From: Dehalococcoidia bacterium | Lineage (GTDB): Bacteria > Chloroflexota > Dehalococcoidia > UBA2979 | Assembly: GCA_020634075.1 (NCBI GenBank) | Contig: JACKCJ010000009.1 | Location: 31,997 to 95,996, forward strand | DNA: 64,000 nucleotides | Reading direction: 5' to 3' | Shown: piece after piece, positions 48,113 to 56,951 of the stretch | How positions within the stretch are numbered: the stretch's first letter is position 1 | Layout: each line of letters starts with the position of its first letter | The notes under the pieces: generated by a model | Database searches by the model: none | Told to the model about the DNA's origin: nothing | What the model saw: only the letters and a program-made list of their open reading frames with translations | Translations under genes and position numbers: made by a program

Positions 48113-49637
48113 CGTTGTAGAGCATCACTGGGTCACCATCGAAGACGTCACTCTCGAGGTTGGCGACCACCACCACCGGGCGATCCGACACGACGACGGC
48201 GCTCCCTACCCAGCCATCCGGCAGCGATCGGTTCTCCCACTGGCGGAACGTCTGCGCGCCGATCACCGTCTGGGGTGCCGGTGGAAACAGGCCGTCCGGG
48301 AACTGCTTCGAGTAGTAGATGACGTAGACCCGCGCCGTCGAGCCGTCGAAGGTCAGGACGCGGAACCATGAGTTCCAGCCCTTGTTCCCGCCGAACGGGC
48401 CGTAGTTCTTGTTCACCACCGGCAGCACCACCTGCGTGGACGCCTCCTCGGCGGTGAACCCTCGGTAGTCCGCGAGCGAGCCATCGTTCGAGACGCGCTG
48501 GGCGACGACGGCGACCGGCTCGACCGACTGCATGCGGACGGTGCCCGAGAACTTGTCGGGGAGCGACACCCCGTCCGGCAGGCAGGCCGTGCTCCCGCTC
48601 GACCGCTGGTCACACGTCCGGTTCCCGAACACGGTCACCGTGTGCTCGACCTCGAACTCCTCGCCGCCGTCGGTGACCCCGGAGAAGAGCAGGGTGACGT
48701 CGTTCGCGATCGCCGGGTTCGCGCTCATGATCCGGAACCGCGTGCTGAAGGAGGACTGCCCCTCCGAGTGGTTCCGGTCCACCAGCGGCAGGAGGACCAC
48801 CCGGCTCGTCTCGTCGTCGGCGAACGAGCGGTACGTCGAGAGCCCCGCCGCGGTGCGGTCGCGCGTGTCGACGATCACCTGGAGGTTGCCGCTCGTCGGC
48901 CCGCCGGACACCGGGCGCGTCGTGACGAGCGCACTGCCGTCGAAGCCGAGCTTGAGCGGCGTCGAGGTCTCGTCACGCACCCACGAGGCATTCGGGGCGA
49001 GGTAGTAGCCACCGCCCGAGCACTGCTGGGAGGGAGTCTGCGGGTCGACGAGCGTGGGCTGCGTCTGGCCCTTGTCGTAGTAGACGATCTGGACGCACGT
49101 CGGACTGTCCGGGTTCGTGTTCTGCACGACGATCCGCGAGGAGTAGAAGTTCGAGTTCACGACCCACGGCAGGACGTGCGAGGACGCGCCGGGACCGAGC
49201 CGGAGCGCGTCACCCGAGATCTGGAACTCGCCGTCGCTCCGGAGCACGTCGCGGGCCAGCATCGCGACGAACGGCTGGTCGGCGGAGATGAACGCGGAGC
49301 CTCGGTAGCCATCCGGCAGCGACGGGAGCGTCTGCTGGAAGAAGGAGCGTCCGAATCCCGGCTCGAGTGGGCCGCACACGTCCGCCTTCGGACACGTGTC
49401 GGTCGTCACGAGGGCGCCGTTGTTGTTGTAGAAGTCGATGTCGATGGCGGACGGCGACGTGCCGACGTTCTGGATGCGGATCCAGGAGTTCTCGTCGCCG
49501 AGGCTCAGCGCCTGCGAGGCGGCGGGGTCGCCATCGATCGCGAACACGGCGAGCGCGAAGACCGCGAGGAGCCCCGCAGCGAGGTTCCGACGGCGGCGCA
49601 GCGCAAGCAAACGCGGGGCGATACGCGGCACCGCCAC
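48096..49637 (-). CDS. secreted protein built from four repeats of about 120 aa, unknown function
   Basis: GTG 49637 preceded by GGGGAGAGAGG. Signal-like LAAGLLAVFALAVFA. The track ORF (to 50036) is rejected upstream of 49637 because it runs antisense through tRNA-Pro. Confidence 0.7.
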   Translation of the reverse strand: MAVPRIAPRLLALRRRRNLAAGLLAVFALAVFAIDGDPAASQALSLGDENSWIRIQNVGTSPSAIDIDFYNNNGALVTTDTCPKADVCGPLEPGFGRSFFQQTLPSLPDGYRGSAFISADQPFVAMLARDVLRSDGEFQISGDALRLGPGASSHVLPWVVNSNFYSSRIVVQNTNPDSPTCVQIVYYDKGQTQPTLVDPQTPSQQCSGGGYYLAPNASWVRDETSTPLKLGFDGSALVTTRPVSGGPTSGNLQVIVDTRDRTAAGLSTYRSFADDETSRVVLLPLVDRNHSEGQSSFSTRFRIMSANPAIANDVTLLFSGVTDGGEEFEVEHTVTVFGNRTCDQRSSGSTACLPDGVSLPDKFSGTVRMQSVEPVAVVAQRVSNDGSLADYRGFTAEEASTQVVLPVVNKNYGPFGGNKGWNSWFRVLTFDGSTARVYVIYYSKQFPDGLFPPAPQTVIGAQTFRQWENRSLPDGWVGSAVVVSDRPVVVVANLESDVFDGDPVMLYNGVSLE

Positions 49638-49772
49638 AAGCCTCTCTCCCCGCCAGTGTTCGAGGATAGGGAGCGACCTCGAACTGTGCGAGCGCTCTCG
49701 ATCGTGCCGAATCCCGGTGCTACGCTCCGAGGCCCGGCCCGCTCGCAGTCTGCGAACGCCGCCCGGATGCCT

Positions 49773-49849
49773 CGGGGTGTAGCTCAGCTTGGCAGAGCGC
49801 TTCGTTCGGGACGAAGAGGTCCCCAGTTCAAATCTGGGCACCCCGACCA
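49773..49849 (+). tRNA. tRNA-Pro (anticodon CGG), CCA encoded
   Basis: Manual cloverleaf: acceptor CGGGGTG/CACCCCG; D arm GCTC/GAGC; anticodon arm CTTCG-TTCGGGA-CGAAG; T arm CCCAG-TTCAAAT-CTGGG; discriminator A; CCA. Confidence 0.95.
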
Positions 49850-49961
49850 CCTTTTCCTCCTCCGTCTCCTCGACGAACGGCGCGGCACGCGCCGATCGTG
49901 GTTTCACGTGGTTCGAGGTCTGGGACGTGGTGGACGACGGGTGTACGTTCCGGTCGAGGCC

Positions 49962-50651
49962 ATGAAGCCAACCGCCGTTGAAGGCCGGATACTCGCGGTC
50001 GACGATGACCCGTCGATCAGGGCGCTGCTGGAGCACGAGCTCAGCGACGAGGGCTTCGACGTGCGCACCGCAGCCTCCGGTGACGAGGCGCTCCGCCTCG
50101 CGCGCACCGAGCTACCAGACCTGGTGATCCTCGACATCATGATGCAGGGGCTGGACGGCATCTCCGTCTGTCGACGCCTGCGCGAGCGCGATCCCGACCT
50201 CGCGATCCTCCTGCTGACCGCGCGCCACGCCGTCGACGACGAACTGGCTGCGTTCGCGGCCGGCGCCGATGACTACGTCCGCAAGCCGTTCTCGCTGGAC
50301 ATCCTCGCGGCGCGCATCCGCTCGCTGCTGCGCCGGCACGGCCACCCGACGCAGCACGTGGTCCGTTACGCCGATCTCGCCATCGATGTCCGAGGACGCA
50401 CCGTGCAGCGGGGGGCGCGACCGGTGAAGCTGACCGCGACCGAGTTCGACCTGCTCGAACTCCTCGCGCACCACGCCGGGCAGGTGCTGACGAAGGAGCA
50501 GATCCTCGAGCAGCTCTGGGACTACGACTTCGGCGGCAACGCGAACGTCGTCGAGGTCTACGTGCACTCGCTCCGCCAGAAGCTCGAGGCCTGCGGTGAG
50601 CCTCGCCTCATCCAGACCGTGCGCGGCGCCGGGTACGTCCTGCGCGAGTAG
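49962..50651 (+). CDS. OmpR-family response regulator (no adjacent kinase)
   Basis: ILAVDDDPSI, LVILDIMMQGLDG, winged helix LTATEFDLLE..GAGYVLRE. ATG 49962; the rest of the track ORF 48642-50651 is an artefact. Confidence 0.9.
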   Translation: MKPTAVEGRILAVDDDPSIRALLEHELSDEGFDVRTAASGDEALRLARTELPDLVILDIMMQGLDGISVCRRLRERDPDLAILLLTARHAVDDELAAFAAGADDYVRKPFSLDILAARIRSLLRRHGHPTQHVVRYADLAIDVRGRTVQRGARPVKLTATEFDLLELLAHHAGQVLTKEQILEQLWDYDFGGNANVVEVYVHSLRQKLEACGEPRLIQTVRGAGYVLRE

Positions 50652-50666
50652 TCGACGGCTCGAGCA

Positions 50667-50843
50667 CTAGCGGTCGAGCGAGAACCCGGCCTCGAACAGC
50701 AGCAGTCCGACGACCAGCGCGACACCGTCGCCCAGGGCCGGGTGCCCCCGTAGCCATCCCGCCGCGGGCACGCGCACAGCGACCGCCATCGCGAGCAGCG
50801 CCAGGCCGACGAGGAACGCGCCGCCGTACCAGACCACGCTCAT
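50667..50843 (-). CDS. possible small 2-TM membrane protein (58 aa)
   Basis: GC3 is high only from ATG 50843 onward, and two hydrophobic helices are present. No homology recognised. Weak SD. Confidence 0.35.
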   Translation of the reverse strand: MSVVWYGGAFLVGLALLAMAVAVRVPAAGWLRGHPALGDGVALVVGLLLFEAGFSLDR

Positions 50844-51136
50844 CACCAGCGCCCGCAGCGAAATCGCCGAGTTGGCGCGGCCCCGCCATCGCGGACCCTC
50901 GGGCGGAAGGAAGGAGTTCACACCCTCCACGCTCCGACCGCCAGATGAGCGTCGCCTGAGCCGTTGCTGAGCGCTCGCTGAAGACCCGAGTCGGGCCGGC
51001 ACCGATACGGGTCGGTGCAATCTTCAGCGCACCTTCAGGTAAGGCTCGGAGCATGGGCCTGTACCAACCGCACTTGCGCGCCGAACAGTGAACCGGCCCG
51101 GGCGCCGGCTCCTGCCGACGGTCATCCGCCTCGCGG

Positions 51137-53698
51137 GTGCGGTCGAGGAGTGGGAGCGCTGCGGTGTCTACGGATCTGATCGAGCCTGCACAGCCGGGTG
51201 GCTTCGGCGAGAGGGTCGAGCAAGCACGCGACTGGCTCCTCGGGAACTACCTCCGCAAGTGGGTCTTCCTCGGCATCCTGATCGGCGTCGTCGCCGGCCT
51301 GGGCGCCATCCTCTTCTTCGTCGCGATCGACGTCGCCACCAACCTCTTCCTCGGCCACCTCATCGGATACGACCCGCCGGGCCCGCGGGGCGAGGGCGTC
51401 ACCGAGGTCACGGACATGGCGCGTCCATGGCTGCTCCCGATCGTCGTCGGGATCGGCGGACTGATCAGCGGCCTCATCGTCTTCACGCTCGCGCCGGAGG
51501 CTGAAGGCCACGGCACGGACGCGGCGATCGAGGCGTTCCATCAGCGCGGCGGCCGCATCCGCTCGCGCATCCCCGCCATCAAGCTCATCGCCTCGGCGGT
51601 CACGATCGGCAGCGGCGGCTCGGCCGGCCGCGAGGGCCCGACGGCGCAGATCGCCGCCGGCTTCGGCTCCTGGTTGGGTGACGCGTTCCAGCTCACTCCG
51701 GAAGACCGACGGATCGCGGTGGCCGTCGGCGTCGGCGCCGGCATCGGCGCGATCTTCAAGGCGCCCCTCGGTGGCGCGCTCCTGAGCGCGGAGATCCTCT
51801 ACCTGCGCGACTTCGAGCTCGAAGCGATCGTGCCGGGCTTCATCGCGTCGGTCATTGGCTACACGATCTTCGCGTCGTGGTCGGGCTGGGAGCCGGTCTT
51901 CGGCACGGCGCTCGGGTTCCAGTTCGACGATCCCGCGTCGCTGGTCTGGTACGCGGCGCTCGGACTCCTCGCCGGGATCGTCGGCGTCATCTACGTCCGC
52001 GCCTTCTACGGGACGCGCGACGCGTTCCACAAGGTGCCGGTCCCGCCACACGTGAAGCCCGCGATCGCGGGTGTCGTCGTGGGCCTCATGGCCATGCAGT
52101 TCCCCGAGGTCCTCTCGATGGGCTACGGCTGGCTGCAGTTCGCGATCGAGGACAACACGGCGCAGCTGGCCGTCGGGACGATGGCGGCGCTGGTCGCGCT
52201 GAAGATCATCGCGACGTCGCTCACGATCGGCTCGGGCGGCAGCGGCGGCGTCTTCGCGCCGGGCCTCTTCATCGGCGGCATGCTCGGCGGGGCGATGTGG
52301 GGGATGCTCCACGGCCACGTGCCCGGCATGCCTGCCGAGGCGGAGCCGTTCGTCGTCGTCGGGATGGGCGCGCTCTTCGGCGGCATCGCCAAGGCGCCGA
52401 TCGCCGTCATGCTGATGGTCACGGAGATGACCGGCGAGTTCACGATGATCGTTCCCGCGATGATCGCGACGTCGATCTCCTACCTCGTGAGCGGCAACGT
52501 CACGATCTACGAGAGCCAGGTCCCGACGCGGGGCGACTCACCCGCGCACCGGGGCGAGTACACCGTGCCGCTGATCCAGACGCTGACCGTCGGCCAGGCG
52601 ATGCACCCCGCGACACCGCTCGCGCCCGAGGTGCCGATCGCGCAGGCAACCACGCAGCTCCGCGAGGCCCAGATCGAGCGCGTCCCGGTCGTCGACCACG
52701 GGCGACTCGTCGGCGAGCTCGCGGCACTCGACCTCGACGGCAACGCCGAGAGCAGCGCGCCGGTCGGGTCCGTCATGACCGAGGTCGGCCCGGTGATCTA
52801 CCCCGGCGACACACTGCACACCGCGCTGCAGCAGATGATCAACAACGCACGCAACGAGATCTTCGTCGTCTCGCGCGACGGCGCTCATGGCGCCGCTGCC
52901 GGCGTCGTCGGCGTGATCTCGCTGCGCGACATCGCGCGGCTGCTCGACCTGCAGGTGAGCCAGCTGGCGACACGCCCCGAGAACATCCGCGCAGCGAGCA
53001 ACGACCCGCTCCGCTTCGTGACCGTCGAGGAGACGATGAGCCGCAAGTTCCGCGCGGTGCCGGTGACGGCGACCCTCGGCGAGGTGGCGACGCAACTCGC
53101 GCGGCACGGCGACCACGCCGCCCTCGTCGTCACCGAGGACAACGACCTCGCCGGGATCGTCACCGTCGATGACCTCCAGGCCGCCGCCGCGAGCGAAGTG
53201 GCGTCGGAATCCTCGGTCGTCGGGGACATCGCGACGCGCGACGTGATCGTGGCGCAGCCCGGCCAGTTCGTCGCGGACGCGCTCGCCCAGACGGGCGCGG
53301 ACTCGGCTCGCCAGCTCCCCGTCGTCGAGGAGCGCGGTGGGCGCCTGGTGCCCGTCGGACTCCTCCGCCGCAACGACGTGCTGGTCGCCTACCTCCGCGG
53401 GCGCGAGCGCCTGGCGATGAGCGCGGCACGTTCGCGCCCGGCCGGCGATGGCGGGGAGCTCGAAGAGGTCATCTCGACGGAGATCGCCGTGGAACGGGCG
53501 AGCCGGGCGAACGGCGTCACGCTCGCCGAGCTCGGTCTGCCGCGCGACGCAGTGGTCACGGCCGTGGAGCGCGACGGGCACCTGATCGTGCCGCGCGGCC
53601 AGTTGCGCCTCCTCGCCGGCGACCGGCTGCGACTGCTCGGCTCCCGGAGCGCGCTGGCCGTTGGGCTCTCCCGCTTCGAGGAAGCGCCGCGGGCCTAG
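51137..53698 (+). CDS. ClC-family chloride channel/antiporter with four CBS motifs and a C-terminal RCK_C (TrkA-C) domain
   Basis: GSGGSAGREGP (gating Glu context), GGVFAPGLFIG, four CBS-like units, and terminal TrkA-C-like VTLAELGLPRDAVVTAVERDGHLIVPRG. Start is GTG 51137 or in-frame GTG 51164 (better SD). Confidence 0.92.
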   Translation: MRSRSGSAAVSTDLIEPAQPGGFGERVEQARDWLLGNYLRKWVFLGILIGVVAGLGAILFFVAIDVATNLFLGHLIGYDPPGPRGEGVTEVTDMARPWLLPIVVGIGGLISGLIVFTLAPEAEGHGTDAAIEAFHQRGGRIRSRIPAIKLIASAVTIGSGGSAGREGPTAQIAAGFGSWLGDAFQLTPEDRRIAVAVGVGAGIGAIFKAPLGGALLSAEILYLRDFELEAIVPGFIASVIGYTIFASWSGWEPVFGTALGFQFDDPASLVWYAALGLLAGIVGVIYVRAFYGTRDAFHKVPVPPHVKPAIAGVVVGLMAMQFPEVLSMGYGWLQFAIEDNTAQLAVGTMAALVALKIIATSLTIGSGGSGGVFAPGLFIGGMLGGAMWGMLHGHVPGMPAEAEPFVVVGMGALFGGIAKAPIAVMLMVTEMTGEFTMIVPAMIATSISYLVSGNVTIYESQVPTRGDSPAHRGEYTVPLIQTLTVGQAMHPATPLAPEVPIAQATTQLREAQIERVPVVDHGRLVGELAALDLDGNAESSAPVGSVMTEVGPVIYPGDTLHTALQQMINNARNEIFVVSRDGAHGAAAGVVGVISLRDIARLLDLQVSQLATRPENIRAASNDPLRFVTVEETMSRKFRAVPVTATLGEVATQLARHGDHAALVVTEDNDLAGIVTVDDLQAAAASEVASESSVVGDIATRDVIVAQPGQFVADALAQTGADSARQLPVVEERGGRLVPVGLLRRNDVLVAYLRGRERLAMSAARSRPAGDGGELEEVISTEIAVERASRANGVTLAELGLPRDAVVTAVERDGHLIVPRGQLRLLAGDRLRLLGSRSALAVGLSRFEEAPRA

Positions 53699-53725
53699 CG
53701 GCAGAGCACTCGCTCCCTTTCTCCT

Positions 53726-53752
53726 CCCGCCGGATCGCGGCGATCCGGCGGG
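53726..53752 (+). terminator. palindromic stem-loop after the ClC gene
   Basis: CCCGCCGGATCGC-G-GCGATCCGGCGGG, a 27-nt perfect palindrome 28 nt after the stop. Confidence 0.55.
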
Positions 53753-53883
53753 GAACTGTTACGCGGCTGACAGTCACTCAGCGGGAGCGCGACGCTTCGC
53801 GCATGCCTCCGATGTCAGCCTGCGCGGACTACTCACCTCACACGAGAAGGTGCACTGCGAGGTGCACCTGGGGAGGTCCGCTC

Positions 53884-54045
53884 ATGGTCGCCTTGCTCTG
53901 GTTCATCCTTCTGGTCGTGCTCGCCGTCTGGCTGGTCGGCTTCCTGCTGAACATCGCCGGCGGGTTCATTCACATCCTGCTCGCCGTCGCCCTGATCATC
54001 CTGATCTGGAACCTGTTGTCCGGGCGCAGTTCCAGCAGGGCCTGA
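53884..54045 (+). CDS. Lmo0937-family small membrane protein (53 aa)
   Basis: ATG 53884 with GGGAGG at 53871-53876. MVALLWFILLVVLAVWLVGFLLNIAGGFIHILLAVALIILIWNLL matches the family pattern from memory. Confidence 0.7.
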   Translation: MVALLWFILLVVLAVWLVGFLLNIAGGFIHILLAVALIILIWNLLSGRSSSRA

Positions 54046-54177
54046 CCGACCCGCTCAAGTCGCCTCGGGTGACTGGCACTCGCCCTCAACGCCTCCTCCC
54101 CTCGCCGTGCCGCGCGGTTCGTACGATCGCCGCGCTCGCCCACGGGCGAGGGGGGCCGGCGGATCGCGAGGTGCGAC

Positions 54178-54594
54178 ATGGCGAACGAGGCTCACGCCGG
54201 AGGCATGCAGGGGATCGGACGCGCCGTCCAGGCGCTCGGCATCGGGGAGAAGCTCGCGGTGCTGGGGGCCGCAGGCGTCCTGGCAACGTGGCTGGTCTTT
54301 GACCTGCTGATGGCCGAGTACGGCATCGGGCACCTGCCGTTCGTGCTCTCAGCGCTGACCGTCTTCGCGGCGTACCGCTTCCACATCCAGCACCAGGACG
54401 GCTGGCCGGTGCGCTACGACACGATCGTGATCGTCCTTGCCGGCGTCATCGGGCTCGTCGGGCTCCAGGAACTCGCCACGGACCTGCGCTACGAGATCTT
54501 CGACCGCGACAACGCGACGATCATCGGCGCGCTCGCCTTCTGGGCGGCGGCGATCGTCGCGGGCGTGGGTGCGGTGCGGATGGCGAGCCGCTAG
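54178..54594 (+). CDS. integral membrane protein (about 4 TM), unknown function
   Basis: ATG 54178 with GAGGTG SD. Hydrophobic helices and high GC3. Confidence 0.6.
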   Translation: MANEAHAGGMQGIGRAVQALGIGEKLAVLGAAGVLATWLVFDLLMAEYGIGHLPFVLSALTVFAAYRFHIQHQDGWPVRYDTIVIVLAGVIGLVGLQELATDLRYEIFDRDNATIIGALAFWAAAIVAGVGAVRMASR

Positions 54595-54633
54595 GCGCTG
54601 CGCGAAGGCAGACGCGCCGTCGGGCGCGCGACG

Positions 54634-56427
54634 CTACTCCGGCTCGAACGGGATCACCTCGATGCCGCCGGAACCGCCGACGAGCATCACGCGCGGGCGT
54701 GACGTCGACCCGATGCGCGCAAGCAGCGCCTCGAGCTGGTCATCCGCCACCGCGACCGGATCGCGGTCCGCGCGGCGCCACGTCCGGACACGGGCCCCCG
54801 CGTCCTCGAGGCCCCGGCGGAGCCGGTCGTCATCGGCGACGCCCACGAGGATGACCTCGCGCAGGACGGAGACCGGGCGCTCCGCCTCGGCGCGTTCCGC
54901 GACTTCCTGGTGCTCCCGGAGGACCAACCAGTAGTAGACGGAGATGGCGCCCGCCGTGAGGAGCATCGCGATGCTCCAGCGGACATCTTGCAGGGTCTGC
55001 GCCGTGAGGCTGCTCGAGAGGATCGAGTCGAAGAACTCGTAGAGCAGGATCACGAGGTTCACCAGCGCGACGAGGATCGACACACCGAAGACGCCGAACA
55101 GGAAGACGCGCCGCGAGGGCGACTCCACCTCGGCGGCTCCGCCGGCTTCCGCCGCGCGCTGCGCCGCGAACCAGTAGCGCACCCACAGGGGCGCACCGAC
55201 CACGAGGAACGTGATCGCCGTGACCAGTTCGTTTCGCCACCACTCCGCCTCGCGGAACGTCCCGGCACCCTCGGGCGTCAGCACGTCCACTACGAGGGCG
55301 AACAGCGTGGTGAGGCCGACCGCGAGGGTGACGAGTCCTGCCGCCGCGACGAGGTAGCGGTAGACGCGCTCCGGCTCGGAGCGCGGAAGGCCACCTCGGG
55401 CCTCGCGCTCTTCGTCGAGGACGAGGCGGTGGTACATCCACGAGGCCGCGCCGACGAGGAGGAAGCCGGCGGCGGGGATCGTGTCGCGGAAGTGCGCGGC
55501 GGCCGTCGTCTCCCCGGGGTCACCGATGAGCCACTGCAGGGCGATGTAGAGGATCGTGCCCGCGGCCCCGACGCTGGCCGCAACGCCGGTGAGGACACCG
55601 AACAGGAACACGTACGTGTCCCACAGCGTCGAGGGCGCGTCGCGCCGCACGCCGACCAGCCAGTGATAGGCCCATGCCAGGCCGCCGAGCAGCCCGACGG
55701 AGATCGCTTCTCCAACGTGCCAGCCGCCCCGCACCATCAGTGGGTCGGCCGCGATGGCGTCGTACGCGCGGAGCGCCGGGATCGTGAGCGTGGCAATGAG
55801 CCCCATCCCGAACATGAAGAGCCCGACGACGGCGGCGAAGTACCGGTAGAGCCGGTCGAAGAACCTCGAGCCGTAGGTGGTCGCCGGGGCGCTGCGCACG
55901 AGGAGTTCGTGGAGCACCCAGATCGCGAGCCACGTCAGCGCCCAGCCCCATGAGCCGCCGTCGAACTCGCCCGTACCGAAGACCACCGGGAGCGCCGTCG
56001 CCCCCTGCCCGAGCGCGACGCTGATCGCGATCCCGCGCGCGAGCCCGAGGTAGAGCCAGCGCAGATGGGCGCGCCCCTCGGACGGATGCTGGTTCACGGC
56101 ACGCTGCGCGAGCGCGGCGAAGATCACCCAGGCCGGTACGCCCACGACGGTGAACGAGAGGGCGATCGCGAGGTCGGCGTCGCTGTCCGCGATGACGCGG
56201 TCGCCTGCCAGCGCCTCCAGCACACCACCGAGCAGCATCGAGACGCCGACCCCCGCGAAGATGAGGGAGACCAGCGCGAGGCCGTAGATGAAGACGCGGC
56301 GGACCGTGCCGATCCCCTCGTCATCCTCGTGCTCGTCGGCGTCCCGCACGCGGCGGATCAGCAGCACGATGCCGACGATCACCGCGATCGGAACGGTGAG
56401 GCTGAGCAGCGGCCCGAAGATCACCAC
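54634..56427 (-). CDS. 12-TM membrane protein made of six 2-helix repeats (DUF5671-like) plus a soluble C-terminal domain of about 90 aa
   Basis: GTG 56427. Recurrent R-x-[VL]-[FY]-x-[YFL] helix starts and W-x-Y-[HRY]-[WR]-L-V helix ends. Confidence 0.75.
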   Translation of the reverse strand: MVIFGPLLSLTVPIAVIVGIVLLIRRVRDADEHEDDEGIGTVRRVFIYGLALVSLIFAGVGVSMLLGGVLEALAGDRVIADSDADLAIALSFTVVGVPAWVIFAALAQRAVNQHPSEGRAHLRWLYLGLARGIAISVALGQGATALPVVFGTGEFDGGSWGWALTWLAIWVLHELLVRSAPATTYGSRFFDRLYRYFAAVVGLFMFGMGLIATLTIPALRAYDAIAADPLMVRGGWHVGEAISVGLLGGLAWAYHWLVGVRRDAPSTLWDTYVFLFGVLTGVAASVGAAGTILYIALQWLIGDPGETTAAAHFRDTIPAAGFLLVGAASWMYHRLVLDEEREARGGLPRSEPERVYRYLVAAAGLVTLAVGLTTLFALVVDVLTPEGAGTFREAEWWRNELVTAITFLVVGAPLWVRYWFAAQRAAEAGGAAEVESPSRRVFLFGVFGVSILVALVNLVILLYEFFDSILSSSLTAQTLQDVRWSIAMLLTAGAISVYYWLVLREHQEVAERAEAERPVSVLREVILVGVADDDRLRRGLEDAGARVRTWRRADRDPVAVADDQLEALLARIGSTSRPRVMLVGGSGGIEVIPFEPE

Positions 56428-56461
56428 GGCGATTGCCCCTCGTCCGTCGGGACGTCGGCGG

Positions 56462-56917
56462 TCACTTCACCGGCTCCGGCGGGCAGTACACGGGCCACGA
56501 GGCATCGACGAAGCGCCAGGCGCCATCCTCTTCGGTCAGCGAGAACACCTGGCTGAACGACGAGCTGTTGCCCAGCAGGTCACCCTGGTAGCGCTGCGTG
56601 ATCTCGACGAACACGTCGACGGTGCCGTCGCGCGGCACGACCTCGTTGAGCTGGGCGCGGAAGTCCTCCGGGCCGTACTGCAGTGCATCCCGGACGTTCG
56701 AGATGCGGCAGCGATCCTGCAGGTCCGAGGAGAACCACGCGTAGGCCGCCTCGGCATCGCGATCGGCTACGGCGCGGAGGTACGCCTGCACGGCGCCCTC
56801 GGGCGTGCCGGGATCGAGCTCGTCCTCGCCGGTGGTGAGGGCGATCGCGACGGCGACGACCGCGAGGACGGCGACGACGGCGATGACAGCCAGCAGCCAG
56901 CGGGTAGATCGGGTCAC
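56462..56917 (-). CDS. membrane-anchored NTF2/SnoaL-like (DUF4878-type) protein
   Basis: GTG 56917 with AGGAGG SD. N-terminal TM, then PEGAVQAYLRAVADRDAEAAYAWFS, typical of NTF2-like folds. Assignment is tentative. Confidence 0.6.
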   Translation of the reverse strand: MTRSTRWLLAVIAVVAVLAVVAVAIALTTGEDELDPGTPEGAVQAYLRAVADRDAEAAYAWFSSDLQDRCRISNVRDALQYGPEDFRAQLNEVVPRDGTVDVFVEITQRYQGDLLGNSSSFSQVFSLTEEDGAWRFVDASWPVYCPPEPVK

Positions 56918-56951
56918 GCGGATCCTCCTGCGCGAGGCGAGCGGTGCGACG

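Noticed and set aside
45668-49849. Genomic island integrated at tRNA-Pro
   Set aside because: The lower-GC cluster lies on the 5' side of the tRNA, not at its 3' end. No integrase, no direct repeat of the tRNA 3' end and no mobility genes are visible. It is kept only as a compositional anomaly.
49638-50036. N-terminal 133 codons of track ORF 48096-50036
   Set aside because: This part is the reverse complement of tRNA-Pro (VGVPRFELGTSSSRTKRSAKLSYTP) plus spacer. The real start is GTG 49637, which has a strong SD and is followed by a signal peptide.
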